A stretch of 64,000 nucleotides of DNA from Sulfolobaceae archaeon (GTDB taxonomy: Archaea > Thermoproteota > Thermoprotei_A > Sulfolobales > Sulfolobaceae): contig JAWARQ010000004.1 in assembly GCA_038893355.1 (NCBI GenBank), positions 64,001-128,000 on the forward strand, written 5' to 3'. A program made the translations under genes and the position numbers. Of this stretch, positions 8,704 to 18,313 are shown one piece after another. The notes under the pieces were generated by a model. The model had not been told where the DNA came from. It was given only the letters and a program-made list of their open reading frames with translations, and searched no databases. Numbering within the stretch: position 1 is the stretch's first letter; the number at the start of each line of letters is the position of its first letter.

Positions 8704-11291
8704 TTTTCCACCTCAACCACACTACCTTCACCCTTCTTTTCTACTCTTATTACATAATCCGCAACATTTACTACTTCTTGATCATGTGATACGATTATTA
8801 TTTGAGGTATTACCTGTGATGAAAGCCTTATTATATTTAATAGTTCTTGCTTTCTATATTCATCTAGATGTACGGTAGGTTCGTCCATTATTATGAAACC
8901 TATTTCAGATAGTATTGCCCTTGCGATGCTCATCCTTAGTGCAAGTGATAATGCAACCTTCTCTCCCCCACTTAATAAGTTAACTGATAATCTTTCCCCT
9001 GAATTCATAATTGCATTTATCTGATACTTATTTTGAACATCTATTTCAGCTCTAGATATAGAAAGATCGAATTTTGAGAGAATTTCATTTAAATTATTTT
9101 CTATTATTCTTTTAGTTGCACTAATTAGATAAGCTTGCAAAGAATTTTCACCTAGTAATTCTCTGAGTTTTTCCAATTTTTTAATTGCTTGTAAAATTTT
9201 TGTTTCTTCTTTAATATTTTCTTCTAATTCTTTAATATTTTCTTCTAATTCTTTAATATTACTCTGGACTTCTAGAAGTTTTCCCTGAACTTCACCTAAT
9301 TTTGTAGATAATAAATTAATATCTTTATTTATTCTTTCTAGTTTTTCTTTTAATTTTATATATTCATCCTCGTTAAAATTTAGTTCCCTAATTCTTTCCT
9401 CAATTTCTTTCTTTTCGGAGTAAAAGTCTTCTAATTCTTTTTTCAAATTCTCTAGTTCCATTTGAGCCTTCTTCTTTCTCTCTAATTCCTTCTTCTTCTG
9501 CTCTAAATCCTCTAATATTCTTTCAAGCTCCTTCTCATCATAATTCTCGATATCCTTAAACTTGCTAATTTCTACTAGCATCTCCTCTCTCTCTTTTACT
9601 ATTCTTTCAAGCTCCTCTTCATACTCTTTAAGTTCTTCTCTACTATACCTATCTACTTTTAAATAATTCTTATAGTTTTCCTCTATCTTCTTTAAATAAT
9701 TTTCTATCTCGATATAATTCTTATAGTTTTCCTCTAATTCTTTTAATTTCTTGTTAATATTCTCGATCTCTCCTTTTCTTTTATTTATTTCCCTTTCTAA
9801 ATATCTTCTCCTTTCATCTCTTCTTCTAATTTCTTCTAACCTTAATTCTAGATTATTAATAATATTATTTATTAAATTTCTTTTTGAATTTAATTGTGAT
9901 ATTTCATTAGAAATATTATTCAATTCTTGTGTAATTTCAGAAATTATTTTGTTTTTATGTTCTATTTCAAGATCTCTACCACAAACTGGACACTTATTTC
10001 CTTTAAGCGTTGATAAGTTACTTTTAATTTTCTCTAACTCCCTCTTTCTTCCATTCTTTTCACCTATTAATCTTTCAATTTTTCCAATTTCTTCCCTTAA
10101 ATTTCTTAACTCATTTTCTAACTTATCAATATTCTCAGAAATTTCAATTTTTCCAATTTCTTCCCTTAAATTTCTTAACTCATTTTCTAAATTTTTCAAA
10201 GAATTATTAAGTAATAAATATTCTTCATAATATTTCCTAAGATTCTCTAAAATTTTAGATTTTTCCAAATATTCTTCATAATATTTCCTAAGATTCTCTT
10301 TTTCATTTAACTTATTCCTATACTCTTCTATTTTTCTCTTTAGTTCTTTAATTCTTCCTTCATACTCTTCTATTTTTCTCTTTTTTCTCTTTAATTCTTC
10401 CAAAAATTGCTTTTTAATTTTGTATTCTTCAAGTTTTTCTTCAAGCTTTTCTAGATATTCTATCCCAGTTACTTCTTTTTCTAATTCCTTTTCTCTTTTT
10501 TCTCTTTTATTTATTTCATTAATTAAATAAATATATCTTGAATTTAACTTAATATATTCCTTATATTTCTCTTCCAATTCCTTTATTATTTCATTTAATA
10601 TATTAAATTCTTTTTTCTTCTCTTCCAATTCCTTTATTATTTCAGACTCTTCTTTTACTAATTCTTCTTCCTTCTTTCTAAATTCTTCTCTTCTCTTCTT
10701 CTCTTTATCATACTCGTTTTTATAAACTTCAATTAGTTGATACTTACTTTGAAGCTGTTTTATGAGATCTTTAATGGGTCCCCTTGAATCAACTAGTTTC
10801 TCGAGTTTGTCAAGTTTAAGAACTTTTTTCATAATGTCTGGCAAATTATCAATTATTTCCTCGATTTTGCCCTGTGGTATTATGATTGTATGCAATAATA
10901 CATCTTTAGGTATTTTTATATAGTCTAAAATTTTATTATTTACCTCCCTTGCCCCTCTTACTACTGTTTTTGCTGCTTGTTGAGTAACTTCTATGAGGAG
11001 GTCATTCGATGATGCAGAGGAAGAGGTTGAAATATTACGTTTAATTATTAATCGAGAATTACTTAATTCTAAGCTCAGCTCTAATGTAGCTTCTCTTTTT
11101 CCCTTCTTTATTAAATCTTCAATTCTATTACCTCTATTATTCTCTCTAAATAATGAAAATATTATTCCATCTATTATTGCACTCTTCCCTGCACCATTAG
11201 GTCCAATAATAGCGTTTATATTCCCTTCAAATTTTATTTTAGTGTCACTATGACTTAGGAAATTCTTTAATTCTATGCTATCTATTCTCAT
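8700..11291 (-). CDS. rad50: DNA double-strand-break repair ATPase Rad50
   Basis: GPNGAGKS, Q-loop PQG, CPVCG zinc hook, LSGGE, MDEPT.HLD and VSH. Confidence 0.96.
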   Translation of the reverse strand: MRIDSIELKNFLSHSDTKIKFEGNINAIIGPNGAGKSAIIDGIIFSLFRENNRGNRIEDLIKKGKREATLELSLELSNSRLIIKRNISTSSSASSNDLLIEVTQQAAKTVVRGAREVNNKILDYIKIPKDVLLHTIIIPQGKIEEIIDNLPDIMKKVLKLDKLEKLVDSRGPIKDLIKQLQSKYQLIEVYKNEYDKEKKRREEFRKKEEELVKEESEIIKELEEKKKEFNILNEIIKELEEKYKEYIKLNSRYIYLINEINKREKREKELEKEVTGIEYLEKLEEKLEEYKIKKQFLEELKRKKRKIEEYEGRIKELKRKIEEYRNKLNEKENLRKYYEEYLEKSKILENLRKYYEEYLLLNNSLKNLENELRNLREEIGKIEISENIDKLENELRNLREEIGKIERLIGEKNGRKRELEKIKSNLSTLKGNKCPVCGRDLEIEHKNKIISEITQELNNISNEISQLNSKRNLINNIINNLELRLEEIRRRDERRRYLEREINKRKGEIENINKKLKELEENYKNYIEIENYLKKIEENYKNYLKVDRYSREELKEYEEELERIVKEREEMLVEISKFKDIENYDEKELERILEDLEQKKKELERKKKAQMELENLKKELEDFYSEKKEIEERIRELNFNEDEYIKLKEKLERINKDINLLSTKLGEVQGKLLEVQSNIKELEENIKELEENIKEETKILQAIKKLEKLRELLGENSLQAYLISATKRIIENNLNEILSKFDLSISRAEIDVQNKYQINAIMNSGERLSVNLLSGGEKVALSLALRMSIARAILSEIGFIIMDEPTVHLDEYRKQELLNIIRLSSQVIPQIIIVSHDQEVVNVADYVIRVEKKGEGSVVEVEK
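9207..10644. repeat. Cluster of exact in-frame direct repeats inside the rad50 coiled coil
   Basis: 21-bp unit x2.5 (9207-9260); 49 bp at 10073-10121 and 10142-10190; 33 bp at 10216-10248 and 10267-10299; 27 bp at 10567-10593 and 10618-10644. Confidence 0.9.
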
Positions 11292-12433
11292 TCTAGACCA
11301 CTAAATAATTTTAATAATCTTACTGTTTCTTCCTCACTTTCAGAATTGATTATTCTTAACACTAACTCAGCCTCACTTTGATTTAGTCCATTCTTCTTCA
11401 GAAAATCAACTATTAAATCGTCTATAGTACTTTTCTCTGGTATTTCTAATCTCTGTGTCCCAATTTTTATTTTTGTATTGTCTTTATATATTCTATAATA
11501 TTCAGCAATTTGATATAATTTTCTTAACTCTTTTTCAATAACTTCTCTCTTAGCTACCTCACCCTCCAATATTAGATGTAGTATTGGTTTTTTCTTTTCA
11601 CTGTTTTTATACTTATTAATAATCCTTTCAATCTCTTTATTTAAATCATTTACTAGTATTTTTTCAACTTCTTGTCTTCTAATTTCTAAATCTATCTTTT
11701 GTAAAGAAACTTCGTCATCTTTACTAAAGTCTAATAAGAATACCCCTTTGCCATCTTTTTTATAGCCTTCTATTTCTTCTTCTCTGAATATTTCTGGAGA
11801 ACCTGCTATTCCTATAAGTGACCCGTCACTATTCCTGATTACCCTTCTAGTATGAAGATGGCCTAACGCATAATATCTAAAGCCTTTGGGTAAATCACCT
11901 AACTGAATTTGCCAAGAGTATTGGTATGGCAAAAGTTCTTTGTATCCTTGATGAAGTAACAAGATACTCTTTTTACATAAAGGTTTTAGCTGTTTTAGTG
12001 CTTCCTTTAACTTTTCTGCTGAAACATAAGGATAATGTTTAGAACCATGTACACAAATTTCATCTCCATCAAATTTAAAACTATAATAATCAGTTAATGG
12101 ATTAAGAATAAGTCGAATTAAGTCTAATTCTCTTAATAAATATAAGGGATAAACATCAGTTGATCTCTTAGGAGAATCGTGATCTCCAGGGATTACTACT
12201 AATTGGATTCCTTTCTCTTTAATACGCTTTAACTCAGTATATGCAATTAATTCTGCCTTATTTGACGGATTATTAACGTCGTAGAAATCTCCACTATGTA
12301 CTATCAGCTTTACTCTTTCCTTAATTGCTATATCTATTATACTTCTAAAAGTTTGATACACATCTTCTTCTCTAAAATCTAAGTTATACTGCCTTTTTCC
12401 TAGATGTGTATCCGAAGTGTGTAGAACTAGAAT
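11288..12433 (-). CDS. mre11: DNA double-strand-break repair nuclease Mre11 (probable ATT start)
   Basis: The frame extends upstream of the ORF-track start to ATT-CTA-GTT-CTA-CAC-ACT-TCG-GAT-ACA-CAT (motif I, DTH). Other motifs: HSGD, PGDHD, LHQ, LGHLH, GSP. Confidence 0.93.
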   Translation of the reverse strand: MLVLHTSDTHLGKRQYNLDFREEDVYQTFRSIIDIAIKERVKLIVHSGDFYDVNNPSNKAELIAYTELKRIKEKGIQLVVIPGDHDSPKRSTDVYPLYLLRELDLIRLILNPLTDYYSFKFDGDEICVHGSKHYPYVSAEKLKEALKQLKPLCKKSILLLHQGYKELLPYQYSWQIQLGDLPKGFRYYALGHLHTRRVIRNSDGSLIGIAGSPEIFREEEIEGYKKDGKGVFLLDFSKDDEVSLQKIDLEIRRQEVEKILVNDLNKEIERIINKYKNSEKKKPILHLILEGEVAKREVIEKELRKLYQIAEYYRIYKDNTKIKIGTQRLEIPEKSTIDDLIVDFLKKNGLNQSEAELVLRIINSESEEETVRLLKLFSGLE

Positions 12434-13953
12434 TTTAACTCACCCATCTCTGCAATCAAATCTGCTATTTCCTTTTGCTCTTTTGCTTCTCTCCATTCTT
12501 TCATTAAATCTGGATCTGAGCCTGATAGTTTACCTTCGAATTTATCAATTTTTACTATAGCAGGAATATTTACTATTTTTCCAATTACTATTGCTTCGCC
12601 TATATCAAGACTAGATAGTTGCTCTACTAGATCCTCACTTAAATTATCGCTAGCTTCTAGTATGTATTTTTTATCACTAGGTTCGATTATTTTAAGTATT
12701 ATTTTATTAGTCATTTGACTTAGAATATTTTCATCAAGACCCTTTGGTCTTTGACTTACTATTATTAAACCAACTCCAAATTTTCTTCCCTCTCTCGATA
12801 TTCTAGACGCCCAGTATTTAGTTAAAGTATTTCTATCTCTAGATAGGAATACATGAGCCTCTTCTATAACGACTAGTACTGGATACCTTAAACCTCCTCC
12901 TCTCCATTTATTTTCCTTCCTTGCATCTAAAATTCTCCTTAAGTAATGTGAAATTACAGCATCCATTGCTTCTTCGTCGAGTTGACTAATATTGACTACA
13001 TTTACCATTCCTAGCTTTATATTATGAATTATATCTGGTGCTAGTATATCTATTACATAACCATATCTATCCTGAAAATCTTCAATTTTACTTTCAACTT
13101 CATATCTTACATCTTTATCCCTAGATATAGATTTTTTATTGTCAGATACTTTAGATAATAGAGTTTCAAAGAACTTTTTCTTTAATTCTTCAGAGTTAAG
13201 ATAACTATTCTCTCTTATAATTTTTTCAATCTCCTCTTTCGTGTCAAGGAATGCTCTTCTAAATACTCTATACTGTTTAAATGCATTTTCTCTAATTTCT
13301 AAAAGTACTGCAAATTCTCGTGGATTTAGATGTAAAGGATTCAATTTTGGGTTTATAACATTTAAATATTTCATATTACTATCATAATATTCACCGTGAA
13401 AATCAAAGATTACCACACACCCACCATTTTCTGCAATTCTTTGTGATAGAACTGCTACTGCGTTAGATTTTCCAGATCCAGTAGCTGCAAGTATTGCTAA
13501 ATGTCTAGTTAAATAATTAGGATTAATACTTACTTCCACATCACTTCCAATAAGCTTACCTATCTTTATATTTCCATTTTCGAAAATTCTCTGTAGTTCT
13601 TCCTTCGTAGCTAGCCTAACTGGCGTCCCTGGTGGCGGGGGCAGTTCTACTCTTTCACATGAATTATTATCTATTAATTTACAAATAATTTTTATTTTTG
13701 CCTTAATATACTCCTTAATAGATTCTGGAACTTGGATCTCTCTCATTTTTTCGATTACTTCCACATCTGTTACAGTTTCATTAATTATATTACTACTAGA
13801 ATTTAATGAAACTATTAAACCAAGGACTTTGCTATTATCATATTCTAAAATTACATAAATACCACTCCTAATTTTATTTCGATGTTTTACTATCATTAAA
13901 GCAGATTCTACAGTTGATGAACCTATAGTATATCCTACTATAACTTTTGTCAT
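12427..13953 (-). CDS. herA: Bipolar DNA helicase/translocase HerA
   Basis: N-terminal HAS barrel, AATGSGKS, IEEAH, REGRKFG and SQRP. Confidence 0.95.
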   Translation of the reverse strand: MTKVIVGYTIGSSTVESALMIVKHRNKIRSGIYVILEYDNSKVLGLIVSLNSSSNIINETVTDVEVIEKMREIQVPESIKEYIKAKIKIICKLIDNNSCERVELPPPPGTPVRLATKEELQRIFENGNIKIGKLIGSDVEVSINPNYLTRHLAILAATGSGKSNAVAVLSQRIAENGGCVVIFDFHGEYYDSNMKYLNVINPKLNPLHLNPREFAVLLEIRENAFKQYRVFRRAFLDTKEEIEKIIRENSYLNSEELKKKFFETLLSKVSDNKKSISRDKDVRYEVESKIEDFQDRYGYVIDILAPDIIHNIKLGMVNVVNISQLDEEAMDAVISHYLRRILDARKENKWRGGGLRYPVLVVIEEAHVFLSRDRNTLTKYWASRISREGRKFGVGLIIVSQRPKGLDENILSQMTNKIILKIIEPSDKKYILEASDNLSEDLVEQLSSLDIGEAIVIGKIVNIPAIVKIDKFEGKLSGSDPDLMKEWREAKEQKEIADLIAEMGELKF

Positions 13954-14044
13954 TCGTTTTCAGAATCGCAGAATAAGGTTATAAAAGAAACTATAGATAA
14001 TACGGTAATACAATGAAGAAATAATAAAAATAATTAAATTCCCT

Positions 14045-14593
14045 TTAAAGGGCTTTGCTAACTTTCTTAGCAGTTTCTGCTATTTTTTCTTCTTGTTCTG
14101 CGAATTCACATAACATTTGTTCTATTTGTGGATATCCTTCTTCTTTTGCCTTCATAGCAATTCTATTGTACTCTTCAATATGCTCTCTATTCTCTTTTTC
14201 AGCAAAATCACTTAATAGAGACTTAACCTTAGCTAAAGTTTCTGCTATTTTTTCTTCTTGTTCTGCGAATTCACATAACATTTGTTCTATTTGTGGATAT
14301 CCTTCTTCTTTTGCCTTCATAGCAATTCTATTGTACTCTTCAATATGTTGTTTATTTTCTTCATATAGGGCATCACTAACTATATCCGTTACATTCTTAT
14401 ATTTTAACAGAGTTTCAAATATTGCCTTAGCATGACCTAATTCCACCATTGCTTTTTCCCTTAGCATTTTGGCCTCTTCTTTCTTACCTAATTGTTCTAA
14501 TTTTTCAGAGAGTAGTAATAATGTTAAATAGTCTTCTGCATTTGCTTTGAAGAGTTCCTTTAAACCTATTTCGGTTTGCCTACCTAGGCTCAT
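14045..14593 (-). CDS. Ferritin/rubrerythrin-like helical-bundle protein with internal duplication
   Basis: E..HA motif and A..A..EG...I...L...A..E helices. The C-terminal helix pair is present twice. Confidence 0.7.
   Translation of the reverse strand: MSLGRQTEIGLKELFKANAEDYLTLLLLSEKLEQLGKKEEAKMLREKAMVELGHAKAIFETLLKYKNVTDIVSDALYEENKQHIEEYNRIAMKAKEEGYPQIEQMLCEFAEQEEKIAETLAKVKSLLSDFAEKENREHIEEYNRIAMKAKEEGYPQIEQMLCEFAEQEEKIAETAKKVSKAL
14072..14347. repeat. Exact 111-bp direct repeat, period 165 bp
   Basis: 14072-14182 is identical to 14237-14347. Confidence 0.97.
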
Positions 14594-14694
14594 ATTAGAG
14601 CCCTATGTATATTATCTTTTCTCGTATATAAACTTTGGTTAAATATCAATTTGATGTACTTTTATATTTCCCGCTGGATAAGAATTTAAGAGTA

Positions 14695-14744
14695 GTGATG
14701 AATGACTCCAATAATGAATGGTGATTATAGTAACCCGCTCCTGA
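14695..14744 (+). ncRNA. C/D-box sRNA candidate
   Basis: C box GTGATGA (14695), D' ATGA, C' GTGATTA and D box CTGA (14741-14744), with two guides of about 12 nt. Intergenic. Confidence 0.65.
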
Positions 14745-14776
14745 GGTTTTATTTATTCTAGTAACAAGTAAATTTT

Positions 14777-16282
14777 ATGATATCAGTAAAATCGATGAGG
14801 ATTTTAGAAACTAACTGTGAAGCTTTAGGTTTGTCAACTTTACAACTAATGGAAAATGCAGGTAAAGCTATAAGAGATGAAATAATTTCTAGGTTTAATA
14901 ATATCGAAAATAAAAAAGTTTACATATTTATAGGTCATGGTGGTAAAGGTGGAGATGGTGCAGTAGCTGCTAGACATTTAGCAGCTGATGGAGCTGATAT
15001 TACAGTATATATTGTAGGTGAAAATAAGCATAAGGATGCTATTATTAACATCTCTTTATTAGAAGAAATGGATTATAGTGTAAAACTTATATCAATAAAC
15101 GAACCTACAGAGATTAGGCCAGTAGAAGGAGATATTATTATTGATGCATTATTAGGTATTGGATTTAGAGGAAGACCAAGAGAACCATTAAGATCTATTA
15201 TAAGAATTATTAATCAGAGTAAGGGCTTTAAAATATCAATAGATGTACCTTCAGGGGTTGATGCAGATACTGGGGAAGTTTATAATGACGATTATGTTAA
15301 GCCAGATTTAGTAATAACGCTTCACGATATAAAACCCGGACTTTTAAAGCATAATTTTCCAGTAGTTATTAAAAAAATAGGCATTCCTAAAGAGGCAGAA
15401 ATATATGTGGGTCCAGGTGATGTAATATATAATATTAGGAAAAGACCAATTACTGCGAAGAAAGGTGATTTTGGACGGTTATTAGTAATAGGTGGGAGTT
15501 ACACTTATTCTGGTGCACCAGCATTAGCTTCCTTAGCTGCATTAAGGACTGGAGTTGATCTAGTATATACTGCAGCACCTGAAGATACTGCAAAGATAAT
15601 CGCCTCTTATTCTCCAGCACTAATAACAATTAAAACTAGAGGAAGATATTTTACAGAAGAGAATATTGAAGAAATAAAGCCATGGATTAGCAAAGTAGAT
15701 GCTATATTAATTGGGCCAGGGATGGGATTAGAAGAAGGTACGATAAGATTTGTGAGAAGTATAATTGATTATATAATTTCATTAGAAAAACCAGTAGTAA
15801 TTGATGCAGACGCACTAAAAGCTATTAAGGGTAGTAGATTATATAAGAAGGCAGTACTTACGCCACATGCTGGAGAATTTTACATATATACTGGCGAGAA
15901 GGTTCCGGAAGATCCTAAAGAGAGGATAAATATTGTTGTTAGAAAGGCTAAAGAGTATAATACTATAATAGTACTGAAAGGTTATTTCGATGTAATTAGT
16001 AATGGAGAAGAGTTTAAACTTAATAAGACTGGAAACCCTGCAATGACAGTAGGTGGAACTGGCGATACGTTATCAGGAATAATAGCAGCTTTAATTTCTC
16101 AAAAAATAGAACCATACATTGCAGCATACTTAGGTTGCTTTATAAATGGTCTTGCAGGCTCTTTAGCGTATCAAGAGAAGGGAGAGAGATTACTTCCAAC
16201 TGATGTAATTGAAAAAATTCCATTAGTATTAAAAGATCCAATGGACGCATTTAAGAAAAAGGTATATAAAAGGGTTATGTAG
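14777..16282 (+). CDS. nnr: Bifunctional NAD(P)H-hydrate epimerase/dehydratase
   Basis: LMENAG, GGDG, DALLG.G, D.PSG, IGPG.G, DADAL, TPH.GE and GGTGD. Confidence 0.92.
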   Translation: MISVKSMRILETNCEALGLSTLQLMENAGKAIRDEIISRFNNIENKKVYIFIGHGGKGGDGAVAARHLAADGADITVYIVGENKHKDAIINISLLEEMDYSVKLISINEPTEIRPVEGDIIIDALLGIGFRGRPREPLRSIIRIINQSKGFKISIDVPSGVDADTGEVYNDDYVKPDLVITLHDIKPGLLKHNFPVVIKKIGIPKEAEIYVGPGDVIYNIRKRPITAKKGDFGRLLVIGGSYTYSGAPALASLAALRTGVDLVYTAAPEDTAKIIASYSPALITIKTRGRYFTEENIEEIKPWISKVDAILIGPGMGLEEGTIRFVRSIIDYIISLEKPVVIDADALKAIKGSRLYKKAVLTPHAGEFYIYTGEKVPEDPKERINIVVRKAKEYNTIIVLKGYFDVISNGEEFKLNKTGNPAMTVGGTGDTLSGIIAALISQKIEPYIAAYLGCFINGLAGSLAYQEKGERLLPTDVIEKIPLVLKDPMDAFKKKVYKRVM

Positions 16283-16730
16283 ATATCTTTTTTATAATTT
16301 CAAGCGCCTTATCTACATGTTCTTCAGCATTTTTCAGATTTTTTAAAATTTCGACTATCTCTCCATTTTCATTAATTATGAATGTTACTCTCTGTGCACT
16401 AGATCCAGTAGGATTAAGAACTTCATAAATTTGTGAAATTTTTTTATCTTTATCACTAACTAATGGAAATCTTGCATTGCATTTATTTGCAAACTTTTCT
16501 TGAGTACTAAGACTATCTACACTTACTCCAATAACTTCAGTATTATACTTTTTAAACTCGTCATAAAATTGTGCAAATCGTTGCGTTTCTCTTGTGCAGC
16601 CAGGGGTAAATGCTTTTGGAAAGAAATAAAGCACTACTTTTTTACCTCTAAATTGAGATAATTTTATTTTACCATGTGTAGATTCTGCTTCGAAGTCAGG
16701 GGCTAAAGAACCTTTATTAATGTTTCCCAT
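16275..16730 (-). CDS. bcp: Peroxiredoxin, BCP/PrxQ type
   Basis: FFPKAFTPGCT.E. Start placed at ATG 16730. Confidence 0.9.
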   Translation of the reverse strand: MGNINKGSLAPDFEAESTHGKIKLSQFRGKKVVLYFFPKAFTPGCTRETQRFAQFYDEFKKYNTEVIGVSVDSLSTQEKFANKCNARFPLVSDKDKKISQIYEVLNPTGSSAQRVTFIINENGEIVEILKNLKNAEEHVDKALEIIKKIST

Positions 16731-16774
16731 GATTGTCAATAAATTTATTAAGATTAATAAGAGTTCTTAAGAAA

Positions 16775-18313
16775 ATGTATCGTAGAATTCCAAAGACTAT
16801 GGCTACCCAGCATCCTGATAATGCTAAAGTACCAGAATGGGTTAAAGGTGAAAAAATTCAAGGAGAAGATGAAGTTATCGAGGCATATCTTGCTTATAGT
16901 GAATATGGCGTAGAAGAGGTAATGTGGGATGCAGAGGGAAAGGATGTTGATACTCATGTAGTTAGAAAATTATTATCTTATTATCCAGAGTATTTTAAGT
17001 ATAATATTTTAGGTAAGGATATTTTTCTTACCTATAGACTTCCTAATCCTAAGATAGAAGGGGCTGATAAGAAAGTTTTCGCTGAGACTATTGAAAGTAT
17101 TCCTATTATCTATGATGTGATGGAGAAGTTTTATGGTAAGCCTATAGATGCAGTGTTCGAAGTTATTTTACCATTTACCACTGATTCTTCAGAACTTATA
17201 AGTGTTGTAAAGTATTACGAGAAGGCAGTAGTTGGTAAGGAGAATGTAGATTTAATTGAGGGACTTAAAGTAAAAGATTGGTTAGGTGAATTTAATCCTA
17301 AGTCGATTGAGGTAATACCGCTTATAGAGGATATGAATTCTATGTTTAGAGTCAGTGAAATAATTGAAGGGTATATAAGGGCAATAAGACCTAATTATCT
17401 CAGAGTATTCCTTGCTAGATCAGATCCTGCTATGAATTATAGTTTAATCTCAGCAGTACTAATGGTGAAGATTGCTCTCAATCAAATATATGACGTTTCA
17501 GACAGATATAAAATTGGAATATTTCCGATAATAGGTGTTGGTTCAGTACCATTTAGGGGTAATTTAAATCCTTTAAATGTAGAAAATGTTATTAGGGAAT
17601 ATCAAGGTGTCTTCACTTTTACAATACAATCAGCATTTAGATACGATTATGACCTCATAGATGTTAAGAAAGCTATATCATTTTTAAATAAAAATACGAA
17701 TATAAACTTTAATAAATTTGATAAAGAAATAGAACAAAGGTTAAAAAGAATTTGTATTAAAGTGTCTAAGAGATACCAAAGAATAATAGAAGGTCTTGCT
17801 GATGTTATAAATAAGGTAGCACTTTTAATACCTCCTAGAAGAGCTAGGAAGCTTCACATAGGTTTATTTGGTTATTCAAGAAGTCAAGGTAATGTAACAC
17901 TTCCTAGGGCAATTAGCTTTGTAGGTGCAATGTATTCTATTGGAATTCCGCCAGAGATTATTGGTGTTTCTTCTATCTCAGAACTTAAAGAGGAAGATTT
18001 TGAGATATTAATGGAATTTTATGTTAATTTAAAGAGAGATTTGGAAATGGCATTGCCTTATTATAACCCAGAATCTATTATATTACTTCGAGATCTTTGG
18101 AAAGTAGATATAGAGATTATTAATAAAATAAAAGAAGATATTGAATATATAAATAATAATTTGAATATAAAAATTTCAGATTCAAAGCAGTACGAATATA
18201 AGAAACATGAAATATATTCTACATTAATGCAATATGCCTACTTTACAGGGAGAATTGAAGAGGCTAAAAATTATGTGAAAGAGATGGCAATTTTAAGGAG
18301 AGCAATAGGTTAA
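16775..18313 (+). CDS. ppcA: Archaeal phosphoenolpyruvate carboxylase
   Basis: [31 protein letters not shown] and LPRAI. Start placed at ATG 16775. Confidence 0.95.
   Translation: MYRRIPKTMATQHPDNAKVPEWVKGEKIQGEDEVIEAYLAYSEYGVEEVMWDAEGKDVDTHVVRKLLSYYPEYFKYNILGKDIFLTYRLPNPKIEGADKKVFAETIESIPIIYDVMEKFYGKPIDAVFEVILPFTTDSSELISVVKYYEKAVVGKENVDLIEGLKVKDWLGEFNPKSIEVIPLIEDMNSMFRVSEIIEGYIRAIRPNYLRVFLARSDPAMNYSLISAVLMVKIALNQIYDVSDRYKIGIFPIIGVGSVPFRGNLNPLNVENVIREYQGVFTFTIQSAFRYDYDLIDVKKAISFLNKNTNINFNKFDKEIEQRLKRICIKVSKRYQRIIEGLADVINKVALLIPPRRARKLHIGLFGYSRSQGNVTLPRAISFVGAMYSIGIPPEIIGVSSISELKEEDFEILMEFYVNLKRDLEMALPYYNPESIILLRDLWKVDIEIINKIKEDIEYINNNLNIKISDSKQYEYKKHEIYSTLMQYAYFTGRIEEAKNYVKEMAILRRAIG

Noticed and set aside
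11288-12361. mre11 as an N-terminally truncated pseudogene
   Set aside because: Motif I is intact and in frame upstream of the track start, and all other motifs are conserved. A non-canonical start explains the data better.
14072-14347. Direct repeats considered as a CRISPR array
   Set aside because: Only two 111-bp copies, in frame within a CDS. There is no 24-37-bp repeat/spacer periodicity and no cas gene anywhere in the window.
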